A stretch of 64,000 nucleotides of DNA from Octopus vulgaris (GCA_951406725.2 OX597841.1:17112001-17176000); one strand, 5' to 3'; positions 15,505-29,050 are shown, numbered from the stretch's first letter. Translations and numbers: made by a program. Notes: generated by a model from the letters alone, not told the origin.

Positions 15505-16236
15505 ATATTTAAGTCACGCGCTCAAACAAATATGGAGGGGATATAAAATGTCATTGAATATTTTGATGGATAGGTGCTGGAATTTTGATGGTAAAAATAT
15601 TATAATATTTATGGATGTTTTTATATTTGTTTAATATTTGAAAATAATTATTAATGAAGTTAAATTCTATTCGTTAACTTCTTCGCTATTTTTTTTCCCT
15701 CTCAGCTACCAAAACAAACAACGAAACCATCACGCATTCATACAAACAAATATGTCGTGTGGAAAATATTGGCATTTTATAGCTCCATGGCTGAATCTGG
15801 GTAAACTAAAGGGGGAGATAGTCTATAATTTTATATTTTAGTTTTTTTTCTAAATAACCATTCGTGAACTAAACTTCGAATGTCTTCATGTAAGACTATC
15901 ACAATCGGGACAGACTTTGCAAAAAAGAAAACAAAAAAGACAATCGGTTAATCAGAACTTTGATGGTACAATAACGAAAGTTAGTAAATTGTTGTTGTGG
16001 TGGTGGTGGTGGTGGCAGTGGTGGTGGTGGTGGTGGCAGTGGTGGTGGTGGTGGTGGTGATGCTGGTCGTGTTGGTGGTTGTGGTGGTAGTCGTCATCGT
16101 AATAGTAGCAATGGTGTTGTTGGTATTGCTTGTTGTGGTGGTGGTGGTGGTGGTGGTGGTTGTCGTGGTAGTCGCCATCGTCATCGTAATAGTAGCAGTG
16201 GTGTTGTTGGTATTGGTGGTTGTGGTGGTGGTGGTG

Positions 16237-17586
16237 GTTTCCGTCTGCCAAACCCTCTGACAAGGCTTTGGTCGACCCGAGGCTATAGTAGAAGACACTT
16301 GCCCAAGGTGCCACGTAGTGTGACTGAACCCGGAACCATGTGGTTGGTAAGCAAGCTACTTACCACACAGCCACTCCTACGCCATTTTTAATTCACTTAT
16401 TCTAATTAAATGATCTAAATGACCTGAGATGCATTGACTTCACTTGGATTTGTTTTCCCTTTCATTTAATACACACACACAAACACACACACACACACAT
16501 ATATATATGATTGATTGATAGGTGGAGGCGCAATGGCCCAGTGGTTAGGGCAGCGGACTCGCGGTCATAGGATCGCGGTTTCGATTCCCAGACCGGGCGT
16601 TGTGAGTGTTTATTGAGCGAAAACACCTAAAAGCTCCACGAGGCTCCGGCAGGGGATGGTGGTGATCCCTGCTGTACTCTTTCACCACAACTTTCTCTCA
16701 CTCTTACTTCCTGTTTCTGTTGTACCTGTATTTCAAGGGGCCGGCCTCGTCACTCTCTGTGTCACGCTGAATATATCCGAGAACTACGTTAATGGTACAC
16801 GTGTCTGTGGAGTGCTCAGCCACTTACACGTTAATTTCACGAGCAGGCTGTTCCGTTGATCGTATCAGCTGGGACCCTCATCGTCGCAACCGATTTATTT
16901 AGCTAAGGTTTATTTAGCATGACGGTCGTTTCGGCTTATATCTATACTGTTTCCTTGTGGGTGGGGAACGATATAATGGAATCGAAATGCACCCCACAAT
17001 GCAGAAGAAATCTCATCAGGTTACATAATACGTTACAGTGTTATAATGTGCATACTTCGCTACTGTGTGTGTCTCGTTGGTGTTGGTATGATGCGTGCGT
17101 TTTTAGTAGCTTGCAGGTCTATTAATTATATAGACAGACAGACAGACAGATAGAGAAAGAGAGATAGATATATAGATATAGGCGCAGTAGTGGCTGTGTG
17201 GTAAGTAGCTTGCTAACCAACCACATGGTTCTGGGTTCAGTCCCGCTGCGCGGCACCTTAGGCAAGTGTCTTCTGCTAAAGCCCCGGGCCGACTAATGCC
17301 TTGTAAGTGGATTTGGTAGACGGAAACTGAAAGAAGCCTGTCGTATATATGTATATATATGTGTGTGTGTATGCGTGTGTATATGTTTGTGTGTCTGTGT
17401 TTCTCCCTCTAGCATTGCTTGACAACCGGCGCTGGTGTGTTTAGTCCCCGTCACTTAGCGGTTCAGCAAAAGAGACCGATAGAATAAGTACTGGGCTTAC
17501 AAAGAATAAGTCCTGGGGTCGATTTGCTCGACCAAAGTTGGTGCTCCAGCATGGCCGCAGTCAAAAAGACTGAAACAAGTAAAAGA

Positions 17587-17588
<2 letters not shown>
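16237..17588. mobile_element. SINE cluster: A head (-, 16237-16383), monomeric C (+, 16522-16893), full A (+, 17180-17588)
   Basis: Matches to other copies in the window. Confidence 0.85.
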
Positions 17589-17653
<65 letters not shown>

Positions 17654-17689
17654 AAGGTAGTTTGATAGCTGCATATATACATACGTACA

Positions 17690-17741
<52 letters not shown>

Positions 17742-17815
17742 TATATAAAAAAATGGAGTTGAACGACTAGTTAACAAATATCCTTTATTCTCGACATATT
17801 CTCTCAATTACTCAA

Positions 17816-17848
<33 letters not shown>

Positions 17849-18252
17849 TACAGGGAACTTTTGTAATAATTTGTAAAAAAATATTATATGTTTGTAGGTG
17901 AAGTGTTAGGATTAGATAAGGAATTTAAGTTTACAGGTGATAACACATACACAATTACATAGGAAAACGTTAATGAGTTAATTAATAGATTTATACCGAC
18001 AGTAGAAAGACTGAGTGGTTTCGAAGTGGAAGAAAAGGGTAAAAATATCTCCAAACACTTTAGGCTTCCTAAAATGCATAAAGTTCCTTTCAAAAGTAGA
18101 TTTATATCAGGAGCTGGTAATTGTACAAATAAACAGCTCTTTATTGGTTAATGACACTTTAAAAGCGGTTAGAAGATATTTGGAAAAATATTGTGATAAA
18201 ATTTATAACAGTTCAGGAATTAATTATTTTTGGAGTGTTAGATCAGCTAAGT

Positions 18253-19612
18253 GTGTAGGCGCAATGGCCCGGTGGTTAGAGCAGCAGACTCGCGGTTTCG
18301 ATTCTCAGACCGGGCATTGTGTGTGTCTATTGATTAAAGACACCAAAAGCTCTACGAGGTTCCGGTAGGGGGTGGTGGCGACCCCTGTTATACTCTTTCG
18401 CCCCAACTTTCTCTCACACTTTCTACCCATGAGGTAGAGGTGCAATGGCCAGTGATTAGGGCAGCAGACTCGCGGTCGGAGGATCGCGGTTTCGATTCTC
18501 AGACCGGGCGTTGTGTGTGTTTATTGGGCGAAAACATCTAAAGCTCCATGAGGCTCTGGTAGTGGGTGGTGGCGACCCCTGTTGTACTCTTTCGCCCCAA
18601 CTTTCTCTCACACTTTCTTCCTGTTTCTTGGGTAGACGCTGCGATGGACTGGCGTCCCGTTCAGCTGGGGCGGGGGGGTTGACACATGCCACAGAAACCG
18701 GGAAACCGAGCCCATGAGGTAGAGGTGCAATGGCCCAGTGATTAGGGCAGCAGACTCGCGGTCGGAGGATCGCGGTTTCGATTCTCAGACCGGGCGTTGT
18801 GTGTGTTTATTGAGCGAGAGCATCTAAAACTCCACGAGGTTCCGGCAGAGGGTGGTGGCGACCCCTGTTGTACTCTTTCGCCCCAACTTTCTCTCACTCT
18901 TTCTTCCTGTTTCTTGGGTAACGCTGCGATGGACTGGCATCCCGTCCAGCTGGGGCGGGGGGGTGACTCATACGCCACAGAAACCGGGAAACCGAGCCCA
19001 TGAGCTGGAGACGCAATGGCCAGTGATTAGGGCAGCAGACTCGAAGTCGGAGGATCGCGGTTTCGATTCTCAGACCGGGCGTTCTGTGTGTTTTTTTAGT
19101 GAAAACATTTAAAGCTCCACGAGGCTCTGGTAGTGGGTGGTGGCGACCCCCTGTTGTACTCTTTCGCCCCAACTTTCTCTCACTCTTTCTTCCTGTTTCT
19201 TGGGTAAGCGCTGCGATGGACTGGCGTCCCGTCCAGCTGGGTGGGGGGGGACACACATACGCCACAGAAACCGGGAAACCGAGCCCATGAGGTGGAGGCG
19301 CAATGGCCCGGTGGTTAGGGCAGCAGACTCGCGGTCGGAAGATCGCGGTTTCGATTCTCAGACCGAGCGTTCTGTGTGTTTTTGAGCGAAAACATCTAAA
19401 GCTCCACGAGGCTCCGGTAGGGGGTGGCGGCGACCCCTGTTGTACTCTTTCGCCCCAACTTTCTCTCACTCTTTCTTCCTGTTTCTTGGGTAACGTTGTG
19501 ATGGACTGGCGTCCCGTCCAGCTGGGGTGGGGGAACACATATGCCACAGAAACCGGGAAATCGGGCCCATGAGCCTGGCTAGGCTTGAAAATGGCGCATA
19601 AATAAATAAAAA
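18253..19612 (+). mobile_element. Head-to-tail array of five SINE C-related units with a V-domain-like 3' part
   Basis: Heads at about 18253, 18432, 18718, 19005 and 19291; body ctgcgatggactggcgtcccgtccag...gccacagaaaccggg resembles the V-SINE domain (recalled). Confidence 0.85.
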
Positions 19613-19752
19613 AATCAACTGAGTAATTTCTGGAAAGACAGATTAAACACAAACAGGCCAAGGGTATGAATGTGTACGATTTTTCGACCCTTTATAAAAC
19701 CTTAAATCTTAAATGTGGAGAAGAAGGCATTTCTAGTTTATTAGATATTATA

Positions 19753-20648
19753 TCTATATATATAAAACTGTAGTTGTGTGAGTGTCTGTCCCCTTCGATT
19801 TAGATTCCTAACTACTCCCACATTTTGCAGTGCAGTTTAACCAAATTCGGGTATCTTATAGTCGTGATTCATATCGAGCCCGTCTGGCTATTAGCGCGCG
19901 TCTACGATGAGTCTACGATTTTAAAAATAATTTAACATCATTTTTTATTCCATTTTAATGCATAAAATGCATCGTATGTCGATGGCGGCGGAGTTGGCGT
20001 CCACGCTCACACCTGCACCTGTTTGCTTCTCCCCTTCTTCCCTCCCTCGTGAAGCTGTGGGGAAGGGAGTGTAAGGAAATCAACGTCGTAAAGCGTTGTC
20101 AAGGAGACCAGCGTTCTTTTAGAACAACGACTTCATGGCTTGAAGACACCAAAACAGAAATGGCTAAGAAAGCCCGAATTGGCATCTATAAGGGAAGTAA
20201 CTCTCTAAAAATACTTATATAGTTATTTCCCTTACAAATCCGAGCAACGCCGGGCGATACTGCTAGTTAATATATAAAAGTGAGGCTGTGTGTCTGTCCC
20301 CTTCGATTTAGATTCCTAACTACTCCCACATTTTGCGGTGCAGTTTAACCAAAACCGGGTATCTTATAGTCGTGATTCATATCGAGCCCTTCTGGGTATT
20401 AGCGCGCGTCTACGATGAGTCTACGATTTAAAAAAAAATTACCATCAGTTTTTTCCATTTTAATGCATTTTTTCGCTATTATATAAGGGAAGTAACTCTC
20501 TAAAAATGTCTACGATGAGTCAACGATTAAAAAAAAAATTACCATAATTTTTTTTCCATTTTTGATGCATTTTTTTGCTATAACTCTCTAAAATGCTTAT
20601 ATAGTTATTTCCCTTACAAACCTGAGCAACGCCGGGCGATACTGCTAG
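19753..20648 (+). mobile_element. Two tandem non-autonomous Helitrons (19753-20266 and 20267-20648)
   Basis: 5' TC(TA)nAAA start; both end with hairpin gagcaacgccgggcg followed by atactgCTAG|T. Confidence 0.8.
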
Positions 20649-20729
20649 TATTTAATAAAGGATATAAATGTATATTTATAAAGAATGGTAAAGGTTTCTT
20701 GTCAAATTGTTGTTATAAGGGATATACTG

Positions 20730-21100
20730 TTTACTTGTTTCAGTCATTTGACTGCGGCCATGCTGGAGCACCGCCTTTAGTCGAGCAAATCGGCCCCAGA
20801 ACTTATTCTTTGTAAGCCGAGTACTTATTCTATCGGTCTCTTTTTGCCGAACCGCTAAGTTACCGGGACGTAAACACACCAGCATCGGTTGTCAAGCGAT
20901 GTTGGGGAGGACAAACACAAACACACACATATATATACGATGGGCTTCTTTCAGTTTCCGTCTACCTAATCCACTCACAAGGCTTTGGTCGGCCCGAGGC
21001 TATAGAAGAAGACATTTGCCCAAGGTGCCACGCAGTGGGACTGAACCCGGAATCATGTGGTCAGTAAGCGAGCTATTTACCACACAGCCACTCCTGTGCC
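20730..21100 (-). mobile_element. Full-length SINE A
   Basis: Reverse complement of family A. Confidence 0.85.
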
Positions 21101-21496
21101 TACTAATATAAGTGAAAGAAAAATTAAAGAAATGGCTAGTTTTATTGTCAATAATTTGTTTGTAATGTTTGCGAGTAGGGTGTCTGAGCAGTTAGGGGAA
21201 TTCCAATGAGTGGCAATTGTAGCCCTCTCTTGGTGGACCTTTATCTTTCTTCATGCGAGTTCCTTTTTCTTAAAGACCTATATGCGAAGAAAAAACTTGG
21301 TTTCCTTGAACAACTTAATGGATGCTGCAGGTATATAGATGATATATTTATACCTAATTAACGTTTCTTTGAATTTTTACTTATAAAAATATTCCCTGTA
21401 AGCTTAAGGTCACCGGAAATGGTAATAATATAAAGAATATTAATTATTTAGATGTCAATTTAGTAATTAAGGATAATAATGAGATATTGACTGACA

Positions 21497-21683
21497 TCTA
21501 TATATATAAAACTCAACTTGTGTGTCTGTACATACATACATACATACATACATACATACATACATACATACATACATACATACATACATACATACATACA
21601 TACATACACACACACACATACACACATACATACATACATACATACATACATACATACACATACACACACATACATACACACAC

Positions 21684-21733
<50 letters not shown>

Positions 21734-21760
21734 ACATACATACATACATACATACATACA

Positions 21761-21794
<34 letters not shown>

Positions 21795-21800
21795 CATAAA
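21497..21800 (+). mobile_element. Helitron-like 5' end followed by (CATA)n
   Basis: A|TCtatatatataaaact...tgtgtgtctgt resembles the 19753 terminus. Confidence 0.5.
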
Positions 21801-22419
21801 TGCGTAGATAAATAAAACGACGGATTTTGCATCGAACAATAATTGCAGAAATTAGTTTCGTGTTCCTAATTTCGCTAAATTCCCCAAAAAACTTCCCAAA
21901 AAAACCACAGCTGAATATTCCAACAGAAAACCTGTTAACAGAAAGTCCAAACTGTGGGAAGAAAAATATCACCAAACCGCCACCTAGCGGTTGTTTTTTC
22001 TTATTTGTTAGTTGGTGTAGAAGGACGAGGTATGACCAAGGAAAGGTCGCCAAGGGAGAATGTTTTGTTGTTGATTTAATTTTTTCTTACTAATCATCGA
22101 AGGAATTAATTTAGCCGCACCCAACCGCCAATTTTCACTGCGCCATCGCCACTGCCGCCCGCCCGCCTCATCAACCATACGCATGTCTTTCGAAAACACC
22201 AATAACGTATTAGGTGCCAATGTTATTTTTACCGTTTCTATGCTATAGAACGTTTGATGGATTGTCTGTGAGATTGGACTGGTATCTTAGAGGAACTTAC
22301 CGAAGCTACCAACTCCTAATTAGGTTCGCGAAAAATTTCAAAGAAATACACATATACATACAAATATATATATATATATACACTCATATATATTCATACA
22401 TGTATATATATACAAACAC

Positions 22420-22458
<39 letters not shown>

Positions 22459-22535
22459 TGTATATTATATATCTTTATATACATATATATGTATATGTAT
22501 ATATATATATGTATATAACAAAGTGGAGTTGTGGG

Positions 22536-22609
<74 letters not shown>

Positions 22610-23267
22610 TACATATACGTGTATGTATGTATATTATATATATTATACCTTAGGCATATGTATGTATATATATATATATTATACAATATATATATCTTTA
22701 TATATATGTATATATATATATTACTCCATATATATGTATGTATACATTCAAAGTTTACGTCACGTGACCACCACCATTCATGTTGTTATTACTGGTTGTT
22801 GTCTTTGCCCTTGTCGTTTTTGTTGGTGGTGGAGGTGGTCATGGCGGTGTTGGAGTGTTGTTGACTGTGGCGACAGTTTCTTATTTTCTTCCTTTCTTTT
22901 CTCCTTTTTCCCCTCTTCGTCTTCTCCTTCCTCCTCCCCTCTTCCCCCACCGTCTTTACGTCTTCTCCGTCAACATGTCCTTTTGCCCCGATCTGCTCCA
23001 GCTCTCCGATTTCTTCTCCTTCCTCTCCCTCCTTTCTCTCTCTCTCCCTCTCTCTTTCGCCAGGTCCTCTTTCTCTTACTCCACCACCTCCTCTTCTCTC
23101 CTTTCCATTAATTCTTCATCTCTTTCGTATACTCTTAATTCAAATCCGCCACTAGCAAACCACTTATTTGTCAGGTGCCTCAATTTCTCTACGGCTTCTC
23201 TGACTATTTCTTGAAGCATCATTATATAGATAAACAGATTTACATACATATATGCATGAATACACAC

Positions 23268-23325
<58 letters not shown>

Positions 23326-23349
23326 ATAATAGTTATAATTACTATTTCT

Positions 23350-24785
23350 ACTCTAGGAACAAGGCCTTGAAAATTTTTGGGGAAAAGGATCTAGTCAATT
23401 ATATCGACCCCAGTGCATAACTGGTACTTATTTAATCGACCTCGAAAGGATAAAAGGCAAAGTCAACCTCGGCGGAATTTGTATTCAGAACGTAGCTGCG
23501 CACGAAATACCTATTTCTTTACTTCCCACGAGGGGCTAAACACAGAGAGAACAAACAAGGACAGACAAACGGATTAAGTCGATTATATGGAGCCCAGTGC
23601 ATAACTGGTACTTATTTAATCGATCTCGAAAGGATGAAAGGCAAAGTCGACCTCTGCGGAATTTGAACTCAGAATGTAGCTGCAGACGAAATACCTATTT
23701 CTTCACTACCCACAAAGGGGCTAAACTCAGAGAGGACCAATAAGGACAGACAAAGGGATTAAGTCGATTATATGGAGCCCAGTGCATAACTGGTACTTAT
23801 TTAATCGACCCCGAAAGGATGAAAAGCAAAGTCGACCTCGGCGGAATTCGTATTCAGAACGTAGCTGCGGACGAAATACCTATTTCTTTACTACCCACAA
23901 GGGGCTAAACACAGAGGAGACAAACAAGGACAGACAAACGGATTAAGTCGATTATATCGACCCCAGTGCGTAACTGGTACTTATTTAAGGCGGCTAGCTG
24001 GCAGAAACGTTAGCGCACCGGGCAAAATGCTTAGCAGTATTTCGTCTGCCGGTACGTTCTGAGTTCAAATTCCGCCGAGGTCGACTTTGCCTTTCATCCT
24101 TCCGGGGTCGATAAATTACGTACCAGTTACGCACTGGTGTCGATATAATCGACTTAATCCGTTTGTCTGTCCTTGTTTGTCCTCTCTGTGTTTAGCCCGT
24201 TATGGGTAGTAAAGAAATAGGTACTTATTTGATCGACCCCGAAAGGTTGAAAGGCAAAGTCGACCTCGGCGGAATTCGTATTCAGAACGTAGCTGCGGAC
24301 GAAATACCTATTTCTTTACTACCCACAAGGGGCTAAACACAGAGGAGACAAACAAGGACAGACAAACGGATTAAGTCGATTATATCGACCCCAGTGCGTA
24401 ACTGGTACTTATTTAAGGCGGCTAGCTGGCAGAAACGTTAGCGCACCGGGCAAAATGCTTAGCAGTATTTCGTCTGCCGGTACGTTCTGAGTTCAAATTC
24501 CGCCGAGGTCGACTTTGCCTTTCATCCTTCCGGGGTCGATAAATTACGTACCAGTTACGCACTGGTGTCGATATAATCGACTTAATCCGTTTGTCTGTCC
24601 TTGTTTGTCCTCTCTGTGTTTAGCCCGTTATGGGTAGTAAAGAAATAGGTACTTATTTGATCGACCCCGAAAGGTTGAAAGGCAAAGTCGACCTCGGCGG
24701 AATTTGAAATCAGAACGTACTGGCAGACGAAATACCACTAAGCATTTCGTCCAGCGGGCTAACGATTCTGCCAGCTCTCCGCCTT
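23350..24785. mobile_element. Nested and duplicated SINE family B cluster (Meta-domain-like core)
   Basis: Core gactttgcctttcatcctttcggggtcgat..aagtaccag; a minus-strand multimer contains plus-strand copies at 23989 and 24417 (428-bp period). Confidence 0.85.
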
Positions 24786-26399
24786 ATTCTACCGTTACAA
24801 TAAAGTCTTCTGTTTCTCGAAGCTGGCAGATTTTGTGCTTCTACCTCTCAGTCACTCAAAGCTCACCCGCCTCTTCGCCTCTCATCGGTCTTGTGCCGAG
24901 CATCTCTAGCTTCTCACTAACTACGATTCGCAGTCCTTCTTCCCCAGCATGTCTGTCCTCCAGATCCTCCCCCGACTCCTGTTTTTCTCCGTAAGTGTTT
25001 TCTACAATATAACCGCAATATTAACAGCATCGATCTCACCAGGCTTGAGGATGGAGGCTCCTGCAGAAGACATGCGCACTAATCTTTCTTTCCTCCAGGC
25101 AGCTTCATCAAATAAAATACACAACAAAAATCAACAGACGAACGACAAAGAAAACAACAATAGCGCCTAAAGTTTTGATGAGGAAAAGCGTCTGCGTTTG
25201 GTTCCGTGGGGTATGAATGTAAGTGGGTGAGAAATTAATTACATGACAGATTGCTCAGAAACTTTATGACAACAATAGGTTTCCAAACCTCCATTCCCCT
25301 TGACCCTCGCTGTCCCAATCACGAATAGGTTAGAAAGCAAGATGCATTTCATCAAACCCCCGCCCGCCCGTTCGCCCGCCTGTCCTTTTGTTGGTTTCCT
25401 AAATTGATTTGCTTGTCCGAAAGATCTATTGTGGTATCGTGAAAGAAATTTCCTTGAATGTATGTTAAAAAGTCAAAAGTTAGGTTTATAAATTATTACA
25501 ACGGAAAAAAGAAAACACATTTGTTACGGCACTTTTTTTTTAATATTTTTAAATATATTTTTCGCTTTCTAATTAGTCTCGTTCGGAATTATTCATGAGC
25601 GTAAATTCAAAACGTGATACCACCCGAAGTAGATTCCTCTGAAACCTTCGGAACAGACGAAAATGTATATGAATAAAAAATAAACGGCAATTAATCAAAG
25701 ACGCTCGCTAACTACAAACGGTGTAGGAATAGGTGATGTGTAATGGGTTGATAATGGGACACAGGGGAGGGCGATTAGACATTTCTTTTCTTCTTTTTTT
25801 TTGGTTAACCAACAACGTCATCATCATCATCATCATCACATTCATCATCGTCATCATTATCATCATCGTCATCATTATCATCACTGTCATCATCGTCGTC
25901 ATCACAATCATCATCATCATCATCATTACCTTCATCGGTGACATCATCATCATCATCATTATCATCATCACCATCAACAGCACCTTCATCGACGTCATCA
26001 CCATCCGTTTCATCATCGTCATCATCATAATCCTCATCGTCGTCGTCGTCTTCATAATCATCATCATTGCTCTCATCGTCGGCGTCCTCATCATCACCAT
26101 CGTCATCATCGTCATCATTATCGTCATCAACATCACCATCATCATTCTCCTCATCGTTGCCATCATCACCATCACCATCTCATTGTTGCCATCATCTTCA
26201 TCATCATCAACATCATTATCATCACCATAATCACCGTCATCATCTTCTTCATTACCACCACCACCACCACCTTATTCATTATTACATTTATTATCATCAT
26301 CATCATCTTCAATCATTTCCATAGACTTCATCGTGGTAGCTGTTATCATCATCATCAATTTTATTTCCATTATTCTCATCATTATCGTTGTCCTCATGG

Positions 26400-26857
26400 T
26401 GTACACGTCTGATAAGGATACACCAGGCACAGGCATCGTAACCATGTCAAGATAAACGGCGCATGACTTAGCAGGCGGGGCCCAGAAGGAATTTTCATCA
26501 GGTCGAGTAGCCTCTCCAGCTCAAAAGGTCCTTGAATAAGGGTTGCTTAAGGATGTTGAAAGAACCACCTATGTTTCCAGAGGTGAATTATCCAAACGTC
26601 AAAGAATTCCTCTCAGCATATGGCTATGATGCTCCCCCTCTACTTCTGCTTGTGACCAGAGATGCACATATCATCAGCCACCAAGGGACATGGCCAACTG
26701 GTTATGGTCAAACAACTGACAAGCAAATCTGTGGTATTGAGCAGAATATATGCTGTAGGCCATCTTTTATACCAAGACAAAACAACGTACATAATAACAC
26801 TTCCAATCAGTTCAGATCAGCAGCCACGAGAACCACTGCCTTGTACTGCATCAGGGC

Positions 26858-26860
<3 letters not shown>
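26400..26860. repeat. Dispersed repeat of about 460-550 bp ending in (ATT)n; second copy at 44528-45085
   Basis: Colinear similarity gtctgat..gg.tacac.aggcac...gtactgcatcaggg between the two copies. Confidence 0.8.
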
Positions 26861-26905
<45 letters not shown>

Positions 26906-26924
26906 GTTTGACTTTTGCTTTATA

Positions 26925-27306
26925 TTTGTACAAGTTGGTTCCAAGTCTCACCCAGCGGCCTCAAGAGACAAGTTAGAAGTTCATGTTGGTTTTATGCCTC
27001 GGGTGTCATATATTCGGTTTTGTACAGTGTTGTTCTAGTGAATGTTTAAGAAACCATAAGAAAATTATGTGTTTGTTTTAAAATTTGAGATTACATAGAC
27101 AGTATTTTACGTAGGATATGGGCAGTTCCCATGAGTACGAACTTTTGAATTTCTACCATTTGGTGATTTCCTGGTATCTGGTCCAGGTAGTAATCAGCCA
27201 CTTTTGCTATCATTCCTAGGGCACATATGACAATAGGTATTGTTTTAGCCTTGAGGTCCCATATTTTGCCAATTTCTATTTCAACACCTTTATACTTACT
27301 CAGTTT
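26925..27306 (-). mobile_element. 3' end of an RLE-type (R4/R2-like) non-LTR retrotransposon
   Basis: Minus-strand KLSKYKGVEIEIGKIWDLKAKTIPIVICALG...QKFVLMGTAHILRKILSM then stop; typical C-terminus of restriction-like endonuclease elements. Confidence 0.75.
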
Positions 27307-27334
27307 TATTATTATTGTTGTTGTTGTTATTAAC

Positions 27335-28020
27335 GCGTCGAGCTGGCAGAAACGTTAGCACGCCGGGCGAAATGCTTAGCGGTATTTCGTCTGCCGCTAC
27401 GTTGTGAGTTCAAATTCCGCCGAGGTCGACTTTGCCTTTCATCCTTTCGGGATCGATTAAATAAGTACCAGTTACGCACTGGGGTCGATATAATCGACTT
27501 AATCCGTTTGTCTGTCCTTGTTAGTCCTCTCTGTGTTTAGCCCCTTGTGGGTAGTAAAGAAATAGGTATTTCGTCTGTCGTTACGTTCTGAGTTCAAATT
27601 CCGCCGAGGTCGACTTTGCCTTTCATCCTTTTGGGATCGATTAAATAAGTATCAGTTACGCACTGGGGTCGATATAATCGACTTAATCCGTTTGTCTGTC
27701 CTTGTTTGCCCACTCTATGTTTAGACCCTTGTGGGTAGTAAAGAAATAGGTATTTCGTCTGTCGTTACGTTCTGAGTTCAAATTCCGCCGAGGTCGACTT
27801 TGCCTTTCATCCTTTCGGGATCGATTAAATAAGTACCAGTTACGCACTGGGTCGATATAATCGACTTAATCCGTTTGTCTGTCCTTGTTTGCCCACTCTA
27901 TGTTTAGCCCCTTGTGGGTAGTAAAGAAATAGGTATTTCGTCCTTCGCTTCATTGTGGGTTCAAGTTCCGCAAAGCTCGGCTTTATCTTTCATCTTTTCG
28001 GGGTCGATATATGAAGGACC
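27335..28020 (+). mobile_element. SINE B with one head and three to four tandem body units of about 184 bp
   Basis: The unit tatttcgtc...aaagaaatagg is repeated. Confidence 0.85.
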
Positions 28021-28559
28021 AATGTCGCTCCAATTTTAGGACAGATATGACTTTAGCTGTATTTTCGTCAACTTATTTTCCCAAAGGCACCAACGAATAG
28101 CAGTAAAAATAAATTTTCAACCAAAACTTTTAACAATTTTCAAGTCGGAAAAATCACCATTATTTGCAAACAAGAGTTAAGTCCCCATCTAGCGTGGAAC
28201 AAGTTTTGGTTAAGACTTTTGTTGCTTTTTCTCCAACGAGTAAAAAAATGTTTTGTTGATAGACGGGCAACACACACGCGAACATGTATGCGTACAAAAA
28301 GCATGTATGCAATAGGTGTACGTACGTACGTCTGTGTATGCGTGTGTTGCCCATATATATATATATATATATGAATGTATGTGTGTGTGTATATATATAT
28401 ATATGAATGTGTGTGTGTATATATATATATGAATGTGTGTGTGTATATATATATATATGAATGTGTGTGTATATATATATATGAATGTGTGTGTGTATAT
28501 ATATATGAATGTGTGTGTGTATATATATATATGAATGTGTGTGTGTATATATATATGAA

Positions 28560-28598
<39 letters not shown>

Positions 28599-28990
28599 GA
28601 ATGTGTGTGTGCGTGTGTATATATATATGAATGTATATGTGTGTATGTGCGTATGTATATATATAAAGGTATATATGTGTGTGTGTGAGTATGTCTGTAT
28701 ATCTATCTATGTGTGTGCCTCGGTATCTGTGTCCCCCACCACTGCTTTATAACCGGTGGTGGTGTATTTGTGTCCCCGTAATCTAGCAGTTCGGCAAGAA
28801 TGTCTAATAGAGCAAATACAAGACTTTCAGAGCGAAAATAAATGCTGAGGTGGATTCATTCGACTGAGAAAATCCTTCAAATTGATGCCCCAGCATGGTC
28901 GGGGGGCAATGACTGATACCGGTAAAAGATAAGAAATAAATATGTGTATTAGTGAGTGTGTATGTAAATATATATATAAATATACATATG

Positions 28991-29050
<60 letters not shown>

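Larger units (their letters stand above)
17860..21480 (+). pseudogene. Decayed Penelope-like reverse transcriptase split by nested insertions
   Basis: Ordered RT motifs: LPKMHKVPFKSRFISG (about 18065), KYCDKIYNSSGINYFWSV (about 18185), YDFSTLY (about 19675), GIPMSGNCSPLLVDLYL (about 21197), RYIDDIF (about 21329); frameshifts and stops present. Confidence 0.8.

Noticed and set aside
27335-28020. Regular repeats superficially like a CRISPR array
   Set aside because: Whole 184-bp units repeat without unique spacers; eukaryotic SINE, no cas genes.
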